Assembly: GCA_965262725.1 (NCBI GenBank)
Contig: OZ253555.1
Span: 576,001-640,000 of the forward strand
DNA from: Dehalococcoidia bacterium
GTDB lineage: Bacteria; Chloroflexota; Dehalococcoidia; UBA2979
Reading direction: 5' to 3'
Length of the DNA stretch: 64,000 nucleotides
Shown here: positions 58,852 through 64,000 of the stretch, one piece after another
How positions within the stretch are numbered: the stretch's first letter is position 1
Layout: every line of letters starts with the position of its first letter
Notes under the pieces: model-generated
The model's input: the letters and a program-made list of their open reading frames with translations, nothing else
Databases searched by the model: none
Told to the model about the DNA's origin: nothing
Translations under genes and position numbers: made by a program

Positions 58852-61800
58852 TCAGATCAGGGCGATACAGTCGTCGAGGAAGGAGTGGACATCGGCGTTG
58901 GGCACCCCCCAACCGAGACTCTCGAGCACCAATTGCTTGAGGTCGGCCTTCTTCATCGCCGGCTCCGCCTCCAGTAGTTGACGGAGGAGGGCGAGTACCT
59001 CGTCGGGCGGCATCTCGTCCACTCGGCGCTCCCCGCGCTTCCGGACGACTGCCTCTTTCGCCCCCGGTAGCCATAGCACGCGCAGCGCCTGACCTGGCCG
59101 GCCTAGGATGTCCGTGGCCTCGACGAGTCCCTGTCGCTCTGCTGCTGAGCAGGCCCGGTTCAGCGCTCGACGGGCGCGCTGTGTAACGTACTGCTTGCCC
59201 GAAGCGCGCACGATCACTCGATAGGCGCGACGAGCGACAACGGGGCCCTCGATCGCCACGATCTCGGTCAGCAGGTCTACGAGATGCTCCGTGCTGATGC
59301 TTTCCGCCTCGGGGATAGCACCCGACGGGTGCCACGACACGTAGGCGGCGAGCACGTGGGCAGGCAGCACATGCTCGCCCGAAGCCTGGTGACCAGCGGG
59401 CGGTAGCGGCAGTTGCTGGTCGCGGCCCGCGACCGGAGCCTCGGCCGATCGCGGGTCTTGGCCGGCCGCGACGTTCCCACCAGCGGGCGCCTCCCCGGAC
59501 CCGCGCGGGAGATCCCTTGGCACGCGATCGCCTGCAGAATCTCGTGGGGAGGCTTCGTCGTCGCCACGCGCTGAAGAGGATGGCTCCGGCGCCGCCTCGT
59601 TCGGAGACACGTCCACGCGGGACGCGCCTCGTGTTCCGGACGAACGATTGGATGGGTCCCCTGCGGGGTTCTCCCGAGTAGCATCATGGCCGTCGCGAGC
59701 GGTCTCGCCATGTAGATCCTCCGATCGCTCGGCTTCGTCGCCGCCCGCAGATTGCGTCGCTCGGGCCCGTTCCAGGGCCTCTTCGATTGCTGCCACCTCG
59801 GCGTCTGGATCCCGGATCCACGCCGTCGACCACACGCGGTGGATGCGCCACCCGAGGCCTTCGAGCACGTTCTGGCGGAGCCAGTCACGGTCGCGCGCGG
59901 CCGGGGAGCTGTGATAGGTCGCGCCGTCGCACTCGATTCCCAGGTCGAAGCCCGGCCCGCTCTCGGAACGAATCGCCAGGTCGATGCGGTACCCCGACAC
60001 TCCGACCTGCGAATCGACACGGTGGCCGCGACGCCGGAGCGCATCGCGCACCGCCTCCTCGAAGGGGCTCTCCGGCTCACCCAGGCCCGTGACTTCGCTG
60101 TCGAGCGCAGTCTCCGGCTTCTGGACGTACTCGAGGTATCGGCGAAGCTGCCGCGCGCCGGGTGTGGTCGACGTGATGCTCTCCGGTCGTAGCGAGCGTA
60201 CGACGGTCATCGACCTGCGAGCGCGCGTCACCGCAACGTTGAGGCGGCGTTCGCCGCCTGCCCGATTGAGGGGTCCGAAGTTGTTCCGCACGACGCCCGC
60301 TGCGGTCGGCCCGTAGCCGATGGAGAGCACCACGTGGTCCCGCTCGTCGCCCTGCACGTTCTCGAGGTTCTTGACGAAGAATCGCTCCGGCACGTCCTCG
60401 CGGAACCGATCGTCGAGGTGACGGCGCCTGATCCTCTCGAGGTCGATGAGGCTCTGGATGAGATCGGCCTGCGGGCGCGAGAGCGCGCCGGCGTTCGCCC
60501 GAGCCGGCTTCACACAGCAGCTCGCGCAGGACCGACTCGTTCCACTCGCGCGACGCGACCAGCGAGCGCAGCGCTTCCATGTCTGCGTCGATCGCCACCC
60601 AGTCGGTCTCCCGTCCCCGGAATCGCCTACCGATCTCGGCACCAAGGCTGCCCTCGAGCTCCCGCCAGCGCTGCCGGCCGCGTTCCACCTCGAGGGCGCC
60701 TCGGACCGCTTCCAGCGACTCGGCAAGTGTCAGCCGGGCGGGAGAGCGCAGCTGACCCCGGATCACGCGCTGATCCCTGCGGTACGCACCGCCGACGAGT
60801 CGCTTCCAGCGGCTCTGGTGGTCGGTGCGGTAGCGCACGAGCATCTCGTCGTCCACGAGATCGACCAGCGTCTCGGCGTAGCGCTCAGTGAGGGCGGCCT
60901 CGTCGGCGCCGAGTCGCTCGAGCAGCGAGCTCGCGTCCTTGCACGCGGCTTCCGCTTCGTCTCGTCGCTCGGCATCGAGCCAGTGCTCCGGCACGGGACG
61001 GAGGCCGACGATGGCCTCCGCCACGCCCCCTGCATCCTCGAGGTCGCGCAGTGTCCGCGGACCTTCCTGGTCGAGCGCGGCGGCGATGGATGCCGCGCTC
61101 GACCCGAACCGGCCGAACGCGTCGGCGATCGCCTCGGCCTGGTCGGCGAGGGGGCCGGGGTCCTTGCTCAGGGCGCCGGACCAACCCGGCCCGGCCGCGA
61201 CTGCTATGACCTCCTCCTCCGCGGGTGCGAGGACGAGCCTCTCGCGCATCGTCCGATAGTCGAGAGTCGGCGCCGCGCCGCCACAGGCCGAGGCGAGCCT
61301 CTCCTCGAGTTGCCGACGCACTTGTTGTTGCTGCTGTTGCTCGCCTACGACCTTGCGCAGGCGTCCGACGACGCCGCGCTCCAGCCACGGCCCGGGCACG
61401 GCATGCCCTCTCGCCAGCGTCGCCAGTAGGTCGATCTGGCGGCTCGCGTCTCCCACAGACCGAACGTCCCCCGCTCCCAGCCAGTCGGCGTGGCCGCTCA
61501 GGTGCTCACGAAGCCGCGCGATGGCCTCCAATGCCTGTTCGAGATCCGCCCGGATGCGGCCGATGAGTTGCAGCGAGCCCTGCGATGACCTGAGCGCTCT
61601 CCACGGGCTCGACTCGTGGGCACGGAACTCGTCGGGCCGGCGCGCGACGCGGGCGGCGGTCTCACGAACTTCCCAGATCCACTGCTGGTCGAGTTCGGAG
61701 GCCGGGGGCGTCGTGAAGGAGTCGAAGCGCGCCGTCCCGTGAAGGCGCGCGTACTCACCCTGTACTTGGTGGATCGAGAGGCCGAGCGGCTCGCGCCTCT

Positions 61801-63130
61801 GGTGGAGGAGCCGCACGACGCGGTTGAGACGGTTCCGGTGGGCTGCCAGATCCTCGATGGTGCTGGTGTCCGGTGTGTGCTCCCTTCGCTGAGAATCGTC
61901 CACTGCGCGTCGGAGCTGGACGTAGACCTCGCGCTTGCGTCCCCTGTCGCTGTGCAGATCGAGGCAGAAGATGCCGAGCCCGCATTCCTCCAGTCGGCGC
62001 TTCACCACGTCGAGTGCCGACGTCTTCTCGCTCACGAAGAGAACGCGCTTCCCGTCGGCGATCAGCGTCGCGATCAGGTTCGCGATCGTCTGGCTCTTCC
62101 CCGTGCCCGGGGGGCCGTGGATGACCAGGTGCTCCCCATCGCGTCCCGCCTCGATGGCTTCGAGTTGGCTGTAGTCTGCCGGTAGCACCGTGTACTGGTC
62201 TCGGAGATCCAGCAGATCATCGAGGCGCCCGCCGGCCAGATCCCCGATGCTCGGCGCCGCGTAGCCATCGCCGCGCGGCTCCGACGGGCCCGCCTCGTCT
62301 CCGCCCGCCGCCAGCAGCCGCGTGAGTCCACTGCGGGGCCCGTGCTGCCGCATCTGCTCCAGATCCTCGTGCATGGCGAGCTTCGAGTAGGAGAAGGTGC
62401 CAAGCACGAGGGAATCATCAACTGCCCAGTCCTGCCGGTCTCCGATTCGCTCGCGCACTCGTCCGAGATACGCCTCGATCGATTCCGCCTCGGCCGCTTC
62501 GTCATCCAGGTCGGGTACCTCGACGCCGAGCTTCGCGAGGGAGTGGCGCAGCGTGGGATTGACGATCCGCTCGTCGTCCTCGCGAACGAGGCGGAAGGGA
62601 TCGCGCGGAGACTTCCGCTCGAGATCACAGGGAATCAGGACTAAGGGAGCCCGTCCCCTCACGCCCTCGGAGTCGACCCAGTCAAGAAACCCGGCTGCGA
62701 GGAAGAGTACGTTGATCCCCTGCTCCTCCTCCCACTCGCGATCGCGGCGACGGAGGTTGCCGAGTCTCCGCTGCAAGTCGCCGACCTCGCAGTCGGTTTC
62801 GAGGTCCCCGGTAATGACGACCGGTTCCTCCTCTTGCTGCTCGTCTGACCCGGCTCGATTCGTGAAGCCCGGTCGCGACGTCGCCCGTGGTGGCGCGTAG
62901 GGAAACTCAAGGCCGCGTCGCGACCGGCGAAGTCTGGCGTCGAGCTCGTCGGCCGTGATGCCGGTGATACCGGCGGCACTTCGCCCGGGTTTGAAGTAGA
63001 TGAGGTTGTTGCGGCGGTTCAGCTGAAGCAGCCGCGTCTGCCACTCGCCGATTCTGTGTGCGATGCGATCGCTGCGCGCGTCCACGCCCGGCGGGGCGTT
63101 CGTCGTGTCGCCCGCATCGCTTCGAATCAT
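58852..63130 (-). pseudogene. DUF4011-SF1 helicase-Vsr-like nuclease-DUF3320 protein, internally deleted and frameshifted
   Basis: WQ.RLL.L.RRN.L, GPPGTGKSQTIAN, LFVSEK..AL.VV in one frame; VKNLENVQGDERD, RRLNVAVTRAR, ESPFE, IECDG..YH, RDR..Q..LE.LGW in another; no DEASQ Walker B. Confidence 0.88.
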
Positions 63131-63179
63131 CCCTCGGCTCCCCCGCTCCCGGTGGAATGATAGGGAGATCACGGACTGT

Positions 63180-63673
63180 GTCGATGCCGAGCCTAGGAAC
63201 GCGCAGGCGAGGCTCCTGGACCCAGGGCACCGACGCTAGGCACAGCGGAAGCACGACTACCCCTTGGAGGCCTCGTGCGCTGCGCCCGCTGCGACGAGGC
63301 GACGGTTGGCCAGACGTCGATGGGCAAGTACCGCTCCTACCGCTGCCGCCGGGCCTACAGCGGTCCGCGCCACGACTGCTGTCCGACGCGCTACGCTCGC
63401 GCGGGTGACCTCGAGCGTGCGGTGGTGCGCGAACTCACCACGGTGCTTGCCCTGCCGGACGTGGTGCTGGCAGAGCTGGAGCATGCGTCGTCAAACGACG
63501 CGCGAAACGATGACCTGACTGCGCTTAGCAACTCCTCGCGTCGCTCGACAATCAGCGACAACGGGTGCTCAAGCTCGTCCAGATGGGCGACGTCGATGAG
63601 GCGTACGTGTAGATGGAACTCGAGTCCCTCCGCGTCCGACGCTCGCCGTCAGAGGCGACCATCGCTCGACTGA
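63180..63673 (+). pseudogene. Large serine recombinase remnant (zinc ribbon and coiled coil)
   Basis: LGGLVRCARC...YRSYRC...C......LE..V...L; stops and frameshifts on both sides. Confidence 0.75.
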
Positions 63674-63919
63674 AGCCGGGCGGGCGGGCTCGGCCCCCAA
63701 ACGCTGCCTGAATGCCCGTCTCGACGACTTCGGGCGGTCAAGACTTTCAGGTGGTGCGCCAGGGCGGCAGCGGACGCCATGGCCGCCGCTTCGGGGATCC
63801 GCCGCGCTACCATGCACAGCCGTGCGTCTGCAGACGCACGGCTTCCCGCCTTGCCAAGAGCGGGCTTCGCGGCGGTGGCGCTGCCGTGCGCCGGCCGGGC
63901 CGGACGAATAGGGCGTGCG

Positions 63920-64000
63920 GTGCATGGTGAGTGGTGCAGCTCAGCGCGGGTGATCGTGGGCGCTGTCGCGGTGGCGCTGGTGGCTCTTGCCTGCGGCGGC
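63920..64000 (+). CDS. Probable lipoprotein N-terminus, cut by the window end
   Basis: RVIVGAVAVALVALACGG signal peptide with lipobox; start uncertain. Confidence 0.4.
   Translation, partial: MHGEWCSSARVIVGAVAVALVALACGG

Larger units (their letters stand above)
58521..64000. mobile_element. Left part of a genomic island integrated at selC
   Basis: Begins at the displaced tRNA 3' half; arm-type repeats, defence-like helicase and recombinase relic; codon usage differs from the core genes. Confidence 0.75.

Noticed and set aside
60470-60500. Programmed frameshift joining the two helicase ORFs
   Set aside because: No slippery run, and the joined product would still lack Walker B

Overview
Very GC-rich bacterial chromosome segment. 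Gene content and order point to Chloroflexota, probably Dehalococcoidia-like (inference). 1-15 kb holds housekeeping genes: DnaD plus a double-AAA+ DnaC/IstB-like ATPase, a MoaD-MoaE fusion, glyA, an acyl-CoA dehydrogenase, rpsF-ssb-rpsR, hom, thrC, folE, an MshA-like glycosyltransferase and a PIG-L deacetylase. 15-37.6 kb is the complete str/S10/spc/alpha ribosomal supercluster through truA-rplM-rpsI, and many of its proteins carry unusual low-complexity extensions. 37.7-46 kb has sugar-nucleotide and SAM-cycle genes. 46-48.7 kb is a thioredoxin redox module (CsoR-family repressor with operator, trxA, FTR catalytic subunit, trxB). Best finding: the FTR gene appears to encode a selenoprotein. 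Its conserved C-H-C motif reads C-H-UGA, is followed by a canonical bacterial SECIS hairpin, and the frame stays open for 61 more codons. 49.9-64 kb is accessory DNA: a decayed K+/H+ antiporter gene, an intact IS21 with a 7-bp target duplication, and the edge of a genomic island integrated in tRNA-Sec (selC) carrying a deleted DUF4011/DUF3320 helicase-nuclease and a serine-recombinase relic. All calls come from reading the sequence by eye; no searches were run.
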